In this document: in pieces, positions 52,454-63,286 of the stretch
Position numbering within the stretch: the first letter of the stretch is position 1
Layout: each line of letters begins with the position of its first letter
Assembly: GCA_963801815.1 (NCBI GenBank)
Contig: CAWDGJ010000007.1
Span: forward strand, 96,001-160,000
Origin: an uncultured Verrucomicrobiae bacterium
GTDB lineage: Bacteria > Verrucomicrobiota > Verrucomicrobiia > Chthoniobacterales > UBA10450
Reading direction: 5' to 3'
DNA length: 64,000 bases
The notes under the pieces: generated by a model
What the model was told of the DNA's origin: nothing
What the model saw: the letters and a program-made list of their open reading frames with translations, nothing else
Databases searched by the model: none
Made by a program: the position numbers and the translations under genes

Positions 52454-53460
52454 GCCTTCATCTTTTTCATTACTCGCAGATAAGCAGCAGCGATGGCTTC
52501 CGATTGAAACTTTGCCAGATGCTCTGGGGCGTGCTGCAACAAAGTTGCCCGTGCGTCAGGTCGGTTAATCATATGCTCCAATTGCGCGGCCAGCGCGACA
52601 ACGTTTTCGTTTTCAAAGGTCAGCCCGCAGGGCCCAATCGCTTCTTTCAAGCCGCCTTCTTGCGAGCCGACAACGACACAACCGCAGGCAATTCCTTCAA
52701 CGGCCACTACGCCAAACGGCTCGGCCCAGCGCGACGGGACGACCAGGACACGATGGCGATTCAAAGTTTGAGCAAGAGTAATTCCCGATTGCTGTCCAGC
52801 GAACGTTACCTGTCGATCCAAACCGAGCTGAGCACTCAGTTTCCGTAGATTGCCTTCCTCCGGACCGCTGCCAACAATGGTCAAATCAGGCGAGAAACCA
52901 TTGCGCTGCAAAAGTTTGGTCGCCTCCAAAAGCAAATCGACGCCCTTGTCGGAGACGAGTCGTCCAACAAAGACAATCGTTTTGTCGCGCGCGATCTCCG
53001 GCATCAAATGAAACACCCTGTCATCATAGGGATTGCCGATCACAAACGAACTTGAACTGAGACGGTCGGCTACGGCCTTGCTGATGGCGATGTTGGTGAC
53101 GAATCGAAGGAGGGCCTGCTTGAGCCGATTTTGCCAGCCGCTGCCTCCGCGAACGTTTTGAAGCCAGGTTTGATGCGTAATCAAAGTCGGCTTTCGCACA
53201 ATCAAAGCCGGGATCAGGCTGCGAAGGCTAATGTTATTTTGAAAAAAAAGATCGCACCACCTGAGCAGTCGAAAAATTTCGGCGATCGATGGACGCCGAG
53301 TGAGCCGGTAATTTGCGTCAGGAACTGGGCCGCCGACGCTCTGAGTAATAATGTGCACGTCGTGGCCGGCAGCCGCGAACTTATCAGCAAGAATTTTCGA
53401 GACCGACTCAATTCCACCAACACTTGGATCAAACAGATAAGAAGAGAAAAGAATCTTCAC
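52450..53460 (-). CDS. GT4 glycosyltransferase
   Basis: PSVGGIE; VGRLVSDKG; EPFGVVAVE. Confidence 0.9.
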   Translation of the reverse strand: MKILFSSYLFDPSVGGIESVSKILADKFAAAGHDVHIITQSVGGPVPDANYRLTRRPSIAEIFRLLRWCDLFFQNNISLRSLIPALIVRKPTLITHQTWLQNVRGGSGWQNRLKQALLRFVTNIAISKAVADRLSSSSFVIGNPYDDRVFHLMPEIARDKTIVFVGRLVSDKGVDLLLEATKLLQRNGFSPDLTIVGSGPEEGNLRKLSAQLGLDRQVTFAGQQSGITLAQTLNRHRVLVVPSRWAEPFGVVAVEGIACGCVVVGSQEGGLKEAIGPCGLTFENENVVALAAQLEHMINRPDARATLLQHAPEHLAKFQSEAIAAAYLRVMKKMKA

Positions 53461-53470
53461 GAAGGTCGGA

Positions 53471-54454
53471 TTACGAATAGTTGCTCCAGACGGTTCGCAA
53501 CATTTGCTTTCGTTTGACGAGTTTTTCTTTGGCGGTTGGATCAACGCGAGACTTTCGCGAGAGAATGATCGCTTCGAAACAATGCCGCAAAAACAGAAGG
53601 GGCTTGAGTAGCGCGACGTGTCTGCCGCGATGACGCCTTAGAAGGCAAAACCGATTTCGATGAAAGTCGAGCACGCGATTGGCCGACCAGGCCGAAAGCT
53701 GTTCCAGATTATCGTGGATGGCGTGGTCGGACGCGATGACCGCCATTGTCCAACCGAGTCCGGCGGAACGCCACGCCCAATCAATGTCTGTATCGGAAAA
53801 CGGAAAGTTCTCGGCGTCCAATCCACCGCTTTGCTCCCAAGCTTCGCGCCGAACCACCAGCGGGCTGGTGAAAACCACATCGCAGGTGCGCCAGCGAATT
53901 CCATCGGTCATTTGCCATTCGGACTCGTTCGGGGCGTGCAAATTGCAAAGAGCCGCCAGATTCTGTCCGAGCGCAAATGAGAGCGTTGAAGGAAATCGCA
54001 TGCCGTAGCCGAAAAATCTTCCATCATGTTGTTTAACGGTGAAGCCGCAGGCTGCGAGCCGCGGTTCGCGCTCCAGAAGCCCGATCGCTTGCTCGAGAGG
54101 CTCGATACTCAGCAAGCAGTTGTCGGTCTCGTAAAGAAACAACCATCGGACACTTGAAAAGCGAGCGATCGCTTCCGCGCAAGCGATGTTCACTCCGTCA
54201 CTGAACGAGCGACGGCGGTCAACGGCCTCGATCAAGACAAGATTGTCCGCGGGATTATTTTCGCACCATTCTCTTAGCAATTTGACGCTGCCATCTTTGG
54301 AACCGGCATCGAAAACAACAATAGCGCTACCAAATCGCGCGGTCCGCAACGCGCTCGTTAGCGACACGATCGCGCGTTCCAAAAGTGGCCGCCGGTTAAA
54401 TGAGTTGATCACGGCAACCAATTCGGTCGGTCGCTTGACAGGGTTCTGATTCAT
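53471..54454 (-). CDS. GT2 glycosyltransferase
   Basis: INSFNR, FDAGSKDGS, ETD, DTDIDW. Confidence 0.8.
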   Translation of the reverse strand: MNQNPVKRPTELVAVINSFNRRPLLERAIVSLTSALRTARFGSAIVVFDAGSKDGSVKLLREWCENNPADNLVLIEAVDRRRSFSDGVNIACAEAIARFSSVRWLFLYETDNCLLSIEPLEQAIGLLEREPRLAACGFTVKQHDGRFFGYGMRFPSTLSFALGQNLAALCNLHAPNESEWQMTDGIRWRTCDVVFTSPLVVRREAWEQSGGLDAENFPFSDTDIDWAWRSAGLGWTMAVIASDHAIHDNLEQLSAWSANRVLDFHRNRFCLLRRHRGRHVALLKPLLFLRHCFEAIILSRKSRVDPTAKEKLVKRKQMLRTVWSNYS

Positions 54455-55545
54455 CGCGGGGCGCTCAAGCCAAGCACCTCGGCAATACCGTTCACCAAAA
54501 GTTCCGACAAAACGTGCCGCTGATACCAATCGTAAATGTTTTGGGCAATTGCGGCGCGATTGTTAGCGTTCGGAACATCTATTTTGCCGCGAGACACAAA
54601 GAACGGACCGGGCAAACGATCGCCCTCCACCGAAATCGTCGAGCCCGGATACGGAAAGATTGGGATGACTCCGTGGGCGCACGCAGAAGCAAAGGCGCTC
54701 GATTTTAGAATCACCGAAGTCTCGATATCGGGACGGTGGAAATAATTGAACCAGGTGAACGAACAGGTCCTGAGAATTTCGGAGGCTTCAGCGGATGAGA
54801 TCCCGGGGCGATAATCGGATTCGATCGCAAGATCGGCAAGGAGTGAGCGAGTTACCGGATTTTCGTGTCCTCCAAGGACGAACAATGTGCGAGGAGCTAT
54901 TGACTCTGGAATTTCGCGCACAGCACCGGCCAACGATCGCAGCGAGCGTTCGCTCAGGGCCGTGCCGCCAACGATCACCCATCGGTGCGGGTCGCGATTG
55001 GCGATTTGATCATGCGAAAGCGATGGCTCACCCAATCCGGAAGGGACAGGATGCAAATGCGCGCGCGCATCCGGGACGAACCGCCGCAATTCACGAACGA
55101 AGTTCTCGTTGCTCACAATGCATTCGTGGGGCAGGCGTGCGACGGATTTGGCCAAATGAATCTGGAGCGGCTTCAACCAGAACGCGCTGCGCCAGGGTGG
55201 ACCGGACGCGTATAACTCATGGAAAATTGTAAGCAGCGGCCCGCGATGTTGCTCGCGCAGCTTGCGCAGGATCGACAATAGACGGAAGGGAACGCCACGT
55301 TTTTGATATCCGTAATTTACATAGTGTAAAATAACGCGGTCAGCCTGTTGCGCAGCGGCAGTTAATCGGTCGACCGGTAGAACTTCAAAACCGCGGACGG
55401 TGGATGGCGAAGACGCATCGGGGGTCACAAACACGGTGCCGCATCCGAATTTGTCGAGCAACTTTGCAGCGAGGGTAAGCGCATAATCGCCGACGCCGTC
55501 AATTCCGCCGGGAACTCTCGGCACAATTTGAAGAATGGTGTTCAA
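54451..55545 (-). CDS. Divergent GT-B glycosyltransferase-like protein
   Basis: DGVGDY, HYVNYGY, TIFHELY, KSS motifs. Confidence 0.7.
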   Translation of the reverse strand: MNTILQIVPRVPGGIDGVGDYALTLAAKLLDKFGCGTVFVTPDASSPSTVRGFEVLPVDRLTAAAQQADRVILHYVNYGYQKRGVPFRLLSILRKLREQHRGPLLTIFHELYASGPPWRSAFWLKPLQIHLAKSVARLPHECIVSNENFVRELRRFVPDARAHLHPVPSGLGEPSLSHDQIANRDPHRWVIVGGTALSERSLRSLAGAVREIPESIAPRTLFVLGGHENPVTRSLLADLAIESDYRPGISSAEASEILRTCSFTWFNYFHRPDIETSVILKSSAFASACAHGVIPIFPYPGSTISVEGDRLPGPFFVSRGKIDVPNANNRAAIAQNIYDWYQRHVLSELLVNGIAEVLGLSAPR

Positions 55546-56750
55546 ACTGAAATGGCGTTTTCCTGATCTTGCGGCGATCTCACGTGCGCCAGTGAATCGC
55601 AATAGTCACCAATCGTATCGCCGGCAATCTTCTCCCAGCGGAACCCGCCCGCGATTTGCCGGCATTTTGCCGAAAGTGCTGCGTAATCATTTTCGTTCAT
55701 CTGCAAAATTTGCATCGCTCGCTCGGCCATAGCTTTGCTATCGCCCGCGGGTACCAAGAATTCAGTCGCCGCCAACCCGGCAAAGATATGTCTCGGTCCG
55801 GGAACATCGTAGGCAATAGTGGGAATACCGGCAGCAAGTTGTTCGATCACCGACAACCCAAATCCTTCGATATAGCTTGGGAAAAGCCCCACAGCGCAGC
55901 TCCCGATCAACTGCGGAAGGCTGCTTGGATCGTAACTGGAAATACAGCGAATCGATTCACGCGGCGAAACTCCGAGGTCACGTAACACCTTTTCCTCATC
56001 CATGATGGTGCCGAGAAACGCGAACAGCGCGTTCGGAATCGAATTCCAAACCGCACGCAAAATATCCGGCCAGTCGCGCGAGCCTTTTCGAACGCTCCAC
56101 ATGCCGAGAAAACAAATTTCCTTTCTAGCGAGCCGCGCTGCAGCCGGCTGTGCCGCTTGGGAAAGCGCTGCACGCTCCGAGTCGTTCAATCCATAAGGCT
56201 GAACGATGATCTTCGCACCGGAGCAACGTTGTTCCAGTGCCTGTTTCTCCTGCTCGTTTGGAACATTGAAACAATCGCAATGGGAAAGTGCGCGGTCCGC
56301 GCTTCGTTGCAGCAGCCACGAGGTAAACGGATAGAAAAGACGGCCAAGGAATTTCCCGCGTGGCTGATCCCGCCAACGTTGGCGACTCGAGCGAATGAAA
56401 TCGGTATAGGCCAAATACAATCCGATCGAGCGTCCAACGATGAGACCATCAAACCCCAACGATCTTTTTGAAAACGGAAGTGTGCCGATCAAACAATCGA
56501 TGACGTCGAATTCGGCCGCGTTACGTCGCACATAACGCGCAGCGCGATATGGAAAGATTACCTGGCGCCAGACATAGACTGCAGGCGAGGAAGTTTGTGT
56601 TGGAAAAGCATCGCTGAGACAGAACTTGTCAATCTTGTGCCCGGCTTTCTTCCATTGCTCCGACAATTCGAACCAGACGCGGGTCGCGCCGAGACGCTGG
56701 TCCCACGGCAGATTGACTATGCAAAGAATACGAAGCGGGTTTTCCATCAA
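55542..56750 (-). CDS. GT4 glycosyltransferase
   Basis: SVRKG; FPSYIEGFGLSVIE; AYDVPGP. Confidence 0.88.
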   Translation of the reverse strand: MMENPLRILCIVNLPWDQRLGATRVWFELSEQWKKAGHKIDKFCLSDAFPTQTSSPAVYVWRQVIFPYRAARYVRRNAAEFDVIDCLIGTLPFSKRSLGFDGLIVGRSIGLYLAYTDFIRSSRQRWRDQPRGKFLGRLFYPFTSWLLQRSADRALSHCDCFNVPNEQEKQALEQRCSGAKIIVQPYGLNDSERAALSQAAQPAAARLARKEICFLGMWSVRKGSRDWPDILRAVWNSIPNALFAFLGTIMDEEKVLRDLGVSPRESIRCISSYDPSSLPQLIGSCAVGLFPSYIEGFGLSVIEQLAAGIPTIAYDVPGPRHIFAGLAATEFLVPAGDSKAMAERAMQILQMNENDYAALSAKCRQIAGGFRWEKIAGDTIGDYCDSLAHVRSPQDQENAISV

Positions 56751-57601
56751 CTGAAACCTCGATGCGCGAGTGTCGTCCAGAATTTGTGCCGGACCGGATT
56801 GACGTAATGCCGCATCACCAGCGCCGGCTTCGCGTACTTGTCCCGATAGATTGTTTGGTCATCCAATTTCAAAACAACCTTGCTCGGATCGAACGCCCGC
56901 GCGCCATTCGCGTGGAGGCAAAGGTGCGTCACGGTTTGGGTTGTAAAAAAATCCGGGACACCGTCGAACGCACGCAATCGTTCCAAGCCGAACGTCCAGT
57001 CGAGTTTTTCAAACAACAATAGAAAACCCATATTGGCCGGACTCTTCCTTTCGCTCTCGCCCCGGATCAGGCGCTCGTCGACCGACAATTGAGAATCGGC
57101 CTGATACAGTGCGGAGACTGATTGGGTTTGCGAGAGATGGACGAGCTCGTGCGCACCCGGAAAAAAGAGAACGTCCGCATCGGTGTAAAGTGCGGGACCG
57201 TTTGAGGGCAAAGACATAATCAGAGCCAATTGCTTCCCGGTAAAATGATTCTTGAAAAAAGACGCAACTTTCTCGGGTAAACCCGAGGGTAAAGGCGGCG
57301 CGGTCTGTTGAACCCGGACGCAGCCGTCGATTTTCTCCAATAACGCGGTGCTTCTCGCAGTATAAGATCCATCGGAGAGAACCGTGAATTGTTTAGGCCG
57401 GCCCGCGTAAGCAAGGAAGGAACGAATGGAGGCAGCTTGCTCCGGAAGCGAACTTTCGCCTGAGTAAGCAAACACATCCAAAGCGAGCGTACGCGGCACG
57501 CGCACCTGGCGGCGAACAATCATCGGCAGCGCTGCGCGATAGAGGTCGCGCATGATTCTGCCCTCCAAGAGCGCCGAATGATAAGGCACATTCGGCTTCA
57601 T
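56747..57601 (-). CDS. GT-A-like protein of unknown family
   Basis: YTDADVLFF DxD motif; ANMG; C-terminal RHY; operonic overlaps. Confidence 0.6.
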   Translation of the reverse strand: MKPNVPYHSALLEGRIMRDLYRAALPMIVRRQVRVPRTLALDVFAYSGESSLPEQAASIRSFLAYAGRPKQFTVLSDGSYTARSTALLEKIDGCVRVQQTAPPLPSGLPEKVASFFKNHFTGKQLALIMSLPSNGPALYTDADVLFFPGAHELVHLSQTQSVSALYQADSQLSVDERLIRGESERKSPANMGFLLLFEKLDWTFGLERLRAFDGVPDFFTTQTVTHLCLHANGARAFDPSKVVLKLDDQTIYRDKYAKPALVMRHYVNPVRHKFWTTLAHRGFS

Positions 57602-58914
57602 TCAGCCTGGGCGAAAGTACGGAAGCCGCGATAGCTCAGTCCGATATTGAGCAGCACGGCCGGCACGGTCGATATCAAGTTAAAAATAAGGACACCAGCG
57701 ACAGTAGAAAAATCGGTAAACGGTATTAGCGCAGCCTGTGTCGCCAAGGTGAGCGGAATATAAAGCCATGAGCCATTGATCCACGCCTTGGAAGAGTTCA
57801 ACATCCAAAGGGTGGACCCGAAAGCGGTAAAGACCGCGCAGCTAACCATCAACACCAGTTCGCGATGTAAATGGGTATACCGATTTCCGAGAATAAGCAG
57901 AAATTGGTCAGGAAAAGCGGCGGCGGCGGCGAGCACGATGAGACTAAATAGAGCAACTCCGCCCGCGATCAGTACATAGAGGATTCGTAATTTCGCCTTG
58001 TCCTGACACCGCGCGAAGGCAGGTACGAAGATATTCGTCAGTGTGCTCATGAGAACGGCGGAAATCATCGCGAGACGTCCAAGCGCTCCGACTTCCGCAA
58101 CTTCGCTAGCCCGCCGTCCGAAAAAGCTGATCAGGAAAACGGTGATTTGTCCCTGCAAACAATAAAACAGCGCATTGGCCGCGAGTTTTTTCGTCAAGCG
58201 AACAATCTCTTGTCGGTCCTCCAGATTTTCGCTCGCGTTCAGATCAATAACCTTCGCGGAGTAAGAGCGGAGGAGAAGGTATTGCAAAAAGAAAATGGCA
58301 CTGCCGATCGCCACTGCTAATCCGGCTCTGGCGAAGACATAGATGAGTCCGAGAATCAGGGCAAGACGAGCCGTCGCGCACACAAAATCGATGGTTTGGA
58401 TTCGTGCAATGTCGGAGCGCAGCCGCGGAACAACGGCAAACACGTCGATCGACAATTGAATTGAGAAGCCGATCAGAACGATGACGATTAAGAGAAGCGT
58501 ATAGAGCGAAGATGCACCGTTCCGGGCGAGCATCGCGTAGAGAAGCGGAGCGACGATCAGGAAGGCCAGCGCTGCGAGTCGCCGGCGCACGATCAGACCC
58601 GTATTGATCAATTGACCAAAGCGATGTCGATCCTGCCAAACGCGGCCGCCGATGGAAATGACCCCGACGCTAATACCTATGTCGGCCAAGACGTTTAACG
58701 TCGCCTGCATCGCGTTGGCGATGGTGAAGTAAGCGTACTCGCGTTGGGGTAACCAACGGACAAGGAGTATTCCGCTGGTAAAAGCGAGCAGTTGGACCAC
58801 GGCCTGAATCACAGCGTAGTTGCCAATGCGCCGGGCGTGATCGAAAGCGCGCCGCAGCACCGGAGTGTAACCTTCGGCCAGCACTGGCGTCGACACCGGG
58901 GCGAAGAAACTCAT
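57598..58914 (-). CDS. wzx: Polysaccharide flippase (Wzx-like)
   Basis: About 12 TM segments; LADIGIS motif; locus context. Confidence 0.78.
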   Translation of the reverse strand: MSFFAPVSTPVLAEGYTPVLRRAFDHARRIGNYAVIQAVVQLLAFTSGILLVRWLPQREYAYFTIANAMQATLNVLADIGISVGVISIGGRVWQDRHRFGQLINTGLIVRRRLAALAFLIVAPLLYAMLARNGASSLYTLLLIVIVLIGFSIQLSIDVFAVVPRLRSDIARIQTIDFVCATARLALILGLIYVFARAGLAVAIGSAIFFLQYLLLRSYSAKVIDLNASENLEDRQEIVRLTKKLAANALFYCLQGQITVFLISFFGRRASEVAEVGALGRLAMISAVLMSTLTNIFVPAFARCQDKAKLRILYVLIAGGVALFSLIVLAAAAAFPDQFLLILGNRYTHLHRELVLMVSCAVFTAFGSTLWMLNSSKAWINGSWLYIPLTLATQAALIPFTDFSTVAGVLIFNLISTVPAVLLNIGLSYRGFRTFAQAE

Positions 58915-59011
58915 GGCCGGATCATGTTGGAAGAGAGCAATGAGCTACCCAAGTGCCAAGCGGAATCTGCACCGAGTACCGATCGGCGACAGTCCGGAGA
59001 GTGTGGGATTC

Positions 59012-61210
59012 TTACAGGCTTTGACAGAAGACAGCGACAGAGAAGAGAACCGAACGGTCTATGACGTTTCGATTGCTTTCGGTCGCGACCTGAGCGACTG
59101 GCGCGGGCGTTTCGCTGTCCGGAACGGCCGGCGTCGTGTAGTACTCCGAATATTGATAGTAGTAATATTCGGGCAACGACGTATCGACGAAGTTCAGAAT
59201 GACGCCGGGAACGTTGACCTGGCGGTTGTAGAGCAGCTCGAGCGACTTCCTGGTCAGCCGCGCGGAAGTGTAGGAAAGCCGAACCACAAACAGGGTGGCG
59301 TCAATCTTCGGCGCGAGGCTGGTCGTGTCGTCGGCGGCAAGAACCGGCGAGCTATCGATGATGATGTAATCGTAGAAGTTATAGATCTCGCGCAAAATGG
59401 CGTCGGTCGATTCGCGCAGAAGATGTTCGCTCGGTTGCGACAGAGTTTTGCCGCGGGGCAAAACGAAGAGCGTTGGATATGCCGTCGGCACAACAACTTC
59501 GCGCCAGTTTACTTCCTGCTTCAGCACTTCGGAGAATCCGATCTTTGAGGAGATCCCGAAAGCCTCGCGAAGCGCGCCTCGACGAAGATCGCAATCAATC
59601 AACAGGGTCTTGGCGCCGGAAAGCGCCATGGTGATGGCGAGATTGGCGGAGATGGTCGATTTGCCTTCGTTCGGAACGGCGCTGGTGATCAGGAAGCTCT
59701 TCGGTCGCGGCCCTTCGTAAGGCATGAAGAAAATCGAAGAGCGGATGTTGCGATAGGATTCGGCAAATACGTGGCGCGCGTCGTCCGGTTGCAGCAAAGC
59801 GACGTTGCCCTTGCCCTTTTCTTTCGGGATTTGGCCAAGAACATTTTCGGAAAAATGATGTTGGAATTCACTAAACGACGCCATCCGATCGTCGATGCGA
59901 TCGAGCAGAAGCAGAATTGCCATCCCGGCGATCGCGCCAGTTCCAAAGCCGATTAGAAGACTCTTGATCAATCCCGGACGAACCGATACCGGCGCGGTGG
60001 CCATTTCCATGATGGAGACCTGGTCCTCGCCATCCACGACTTGCGAGACATCAACGTCTTTCAAATTGTTGGTCAGGCGATCGTAAAGCGTTTTGAGGCG
60101 ATCGACCTTGCCTTTGACCCGATTGAACTGGGCAAGACGCTGACTGAGATCGAGCGCTTTGGTTTCCCATTCCTTGATGTTGGTCTGGAGGTTTTCCATC
60201 TGTTTGCCGATCGATTCACGACGCGTTTTCAATCTCTCCAGCGTGTCAGCGCGGAAAAGCTCGATCAATTTGTCCTGCTTGGTGATTTCGTCGTTGAGCT
60301 TGAGGATTTTGGGATGGTTTGGTCGCAAATCCTTGGCCAGGGTGTCACGCTCGGCTTTGAGCAACTGAAGCTGTTGTTTCGCCTTTAAGTAATCGGCCTC
60401 GGGACCGACATCCGAAAACGGCAAACCCTGACTATCGCCTGAAGGGCCCTGAGTATTTTGGGCCGCATCCATCTTGTTCTGGGCACGATCGAGATTTTGG
60501 TCTAGGTCGAGCAGATTCAGCAGATCGTATTCGGTTTTGAGCTGCGCGTATTGCTGATTCAGTCGGACCAGATAAGCAGCGGCGCTGTTCCCCTCTTCCT
60601 GAATAAATCCAATGTTGTTCTGCTTTTGAAATTCGAGCATTTCGTCTTCGCTGTTGCGCAAATCTTTTTCCACTTGAATCAACTGCTCGGTGATTCCGGT
60701 GGTCACCTCGTGGCCGCGTTCTTCCCGCATCCCGCTTTTGAAATCGAGATACTTCTGCATGACCGCGTTCAGATAGGCCTGGGTGTAATCGGGCGCGCTG
60801 CCGACGCCAGTGAGCTCGAAGATCGATGTCCGCGGTTTTTGTACAACCATGATTTCCACCGGCACGGGCTGCAGCTCGGGATGCGACGAGCGCACTAGCA
60901 ATTCGGCGCTGTGCTTAACCTCGGCGCTTTGCATTAGCTGAATTTGAGTGCCGTAAAAATTCTGGGTTTCCTCGCTGTAAATCGCGCCCTGCGGAATCTT
61001 CATACTGCCGGCGAGGATCATCTTGCCCTTCGACATGAATTCCGGCGGCCGCTGATAAATCAGGAACGCTTCCACAAATAATCCGAGGCAAATTGTCAGG
61101 ACAGGAATCCACCAACGCCGCAGAAAGAGCGATTTATAGCGGTGCAGTCGTGTAATCAACGCAGCCGACCAGGATGCGGAAGTATTCTTAGTAACAGGAG
61201 ACGCGCGCAT
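59012..61210 (-). CDS. wzc: Polysaccharide co-polymerase / BY-kinase
   Basis: Two TM segments with a coiled coil; AESYRNIRS; PNEGKST Walker A; DCDLRR; IIDSSP; YYYYQYSEYY cluster. Confidence 0.93.
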   Translation of the reverse strand: MRASPVTKNTSASWSAALITRLHRYKSLFLRRWWIPVLTICLGLFVEAFLIYQRPPEFMSKGKMILAGSMKIPQGAIYSEETQNFYGTQIQLMQSAEVKHSAELLVRSSHPELQPVPVEIMVVQKPRTSIFELTGVGSAPDYTQAYLNAVMQKYLDFKSGMREERGHEVTTGITEQLIQVEKDLRNSEDEMLEFQKQNNIGFIQEEGNSAAAYLVRLNQQYAQLKTEYDLLNLLDLDQNLDRAQNKMDAAQNTQGPSGDSQGLPFSDVGPEADYLKAKQQLQLLKAERDTLAKDLRPNHPKILKLNDEITKQDKLIELFRADTLERLKTRRESIGKQMENLQTNIKEWETKALDLSQRLAQFNRVKGKVDRLKTLYDRLTNNLKDVDVSQVVDGEDQVSIMEMATAPVSVRPGLIKSLLIGFGTGAIAGMAILLLLDRIDDRMASFSEFQHHFSENVLGQIPKEKGKGNVALLQPDDARHVFAESYRNIRSSIFFMPYEGPRPKSFLITSAVPNEGKSTISANLAITMALSGAKTLLIDCDLRRGALREAFGISSKIGFSEVLKQEVNWREVVVPTAYPTLFVLPRGKTLSQPSEHLLRESTDAILREIYNFYDYIIIDSSPVLAADDTTSLAPKIDATLFVVRLSYTSARLTRKSLELLYNRQVNVPGVILNFVDTSLPEYYYYQYSEYYTTPAVPDSETPAPVAQVATESNRNVIDRSVLFSVAVFCQSL

Positions 61211-61211
61211 A

Positions 61212-61895
61212 TTACATGTTGATCAAGCGCTGCGGGACATAGATCTGATCGTCCGGCTGAAGTTCGAGATCTTCCTCGGTATGTCCTTCTTCAATCACGC
61301 GCTTCAAGTCGACGGTAAAATCCTGGCCGTTATGCCGAGTTAATTTCACTTTTCGTTTGTTGGCGAAATCACCAAAACCCCCGGCTCTAATGATCGCTTT
61401 GCTCACGGTATAGCTTTCGTCTGGCGGAATTTCCTGCGGCCCCTGCCCTTTCACCGAACCATAAACGTAAACCCGGCCGCGGGATTTCTCGCTGACGCGA
61501 TCGACGGCGAGAATCACGGTGGCGTGATAGTAATATTCTTTCTCCAGTAACGCTTTGATCGTGTAAGCCAGTTCCTTGCACGACCTCCCTTGGGCCGGAA
61601 CCAGACCGACGTACGGAACTTCCAGCTCCCCGTTGTCATTAACGCGCAAGCGCTGCGATTCGTTGTCTCGATCTTCGACGACGCGGAAGCTGACATAATC
61701 GTTCGAGCCGAGCTTTTTCTTGTCGTCCAGCACCGACATCGAGTTGGTTCGCAACACTGCACTACTAGACGTCGGCAGGTCAGGCGCAGTTGGTCTTGGT
61801 GCAACCGGAGCCGGGCTGCCTGCGTCCTGCGCCCAAGTCCAATTAGATAAAATGACACAGGCAGCAGCGATGCCCGCATACACACAGACTCTCAT
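61212..61895 (-). CDS. Short OPX polysaccharide export protein (Poly_export + SLBB)
   Basis: VNDNGELEVPYVG; VYVYGSVK; AIIRAGGF; LQPDDQIYVP followed almost directly by the stop. Confidence 0.85.
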   Translation of the reverse strand: MRVCVYAGIAAACVILSNWTWAQDAGSPAPVAPRPTAPDLPTSSSAVLRTNSMSVLDDKKKLGSNDYVSFRVVEDRDNESQRLRVNDNGELEVPYVGLVPAQGRSCKELAYTIKALLEKEYYYHATVILAVDRVSEKSRGRVYVYGSVKGQGPQEIPPDESYTVSKAIIRAGGFGDFANKRKVKLTRHNGQDFTVDLKRVIEEGHTEEDLELQPDDQIYVPQRLINM

Positions 61896-61926
61896 GTTGA
61901 CCCCCAATCTACCCCTTTTGCTTCTT

Positions 61927-63286
61927 TTAGAAACTGTAAGTGCCGTCGACAGAAACGCGGTTTTGGTTGTAATCGCGCAGAAACACGTCGGAATCCTTGC
62001 TTGTTCCCTGATAGCGGAGGCCGAGCGTAATGTGGGGTGTTAACTGGTATCCGAGAGTGATCGCGCCGCCAATACGTTGGAAGTGTTCGCCTTCCCTTTG
62101 GCCCGTCAGGACCGTGAAAGGAGTCGCACCCAATGGTCCACCGGATTCTTCGGCGTCTTCGAAGAAGAACTCCGTGGAGAGCAACACATTGCGGATAAGG
62201 TTCCAGCTCAGAGTGTGCCGGACGTAGTTTAGCGTGATGTAGTTGGACTGGATACCGAGTTGATTCTCGTGTCCCGCGCTCAGTGTCTGACTGAGTTGGG
62301 CGTTAATCCGATGTGAGATCAATCCATTTACATAGTAGTCCTCCAGATCCTTGTGATCTGGAAACGGGATCGCCGAACGGACCGAAGAAGAACGTCACAA
62401 AATTCTGGTCGAAATTAATCCACTGATAGCCGCCAGCGACGCGAACCTTGAGATTATTCGTCAATGCCGCTTCCACAAAGCCGCCGACGCTGTAATCCTC
62501 GTTGTCGTTAAGAATTCCTACACCGGTATTGTCGTCAGTGTACCGGGTCCAGACAGCGTTGCCCTCAACCCCAACGGTAACGGTAGGGTTAACAATAAAG
62601 GCAGCTGAACCTCCCACAATTTCCGAGTTTCGATTCTCGTAATCGAAATCCGAATTAGTCGCGATAAAGTTGTAATGATCGTAGCCGACTTGCAGGAGCA
62701 CCTTGTTCAAGTCCCACAGCACTGAAAGGCCGGCCGTGTTCTCAAACCGGCCATAGTCCGTGACGTTGCTCAAAGCGCCTTCTTGAATCGGGTCCTGTTG
62801 TAATTGGAACCTGTCGTGAATGTTGATTCGGAAGTCGCCAACGAAGATGTCGAAAGCGAGCTGGGACTTCGGCGCAATCAAGATCGAATCAGTGTTGTCC
62901 TCCGAATGATCGAGATAAAACGAATATCCAATACCGAGATCGAGCCGTAAGGTGTTGAGTTGGGTGACCGGCCAGATCGCATCGAGGGTCAGGTTCGGTG
63001 TGACAATCACGTCGTCCTGCACGTTTACCTCGGCGTAATTAATATTGTCGTTGTACTCCACGCCAACGCTCGCACCCACGCGGAAACGGACCGGGCCCAA
63101 AAGCAAATTGTACGGGATGCGGGAGACATCTTCTTGCCTTGCGTCGTAAGCCTCCTGCCCCGCTAGTGACGGACGAACCGCATCCTGCGCATTTACCCGA
63201 AGGCTCGCAAGTGATGCGATCGCTATCAACAGGAACGGCAGTTTCAGAAATTTTTCGCGATAGACAGGGACAGCACGATGACTCAT
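61927..63286 (-). CDS. Outer-membrane beta-barrel protein, frameshift near 62340
   Basis: Signal peptide; amphipathic beta-strands (EYNDNI); C-terminal VSVDGTYSF barrel signature. Confidence 0.8.

Noticed and set aside
59022..59048. ACAGAAG-like short repeats at the wzc 3' end
   Set aside because: Too few and too degenerate, with no inverted partner arm
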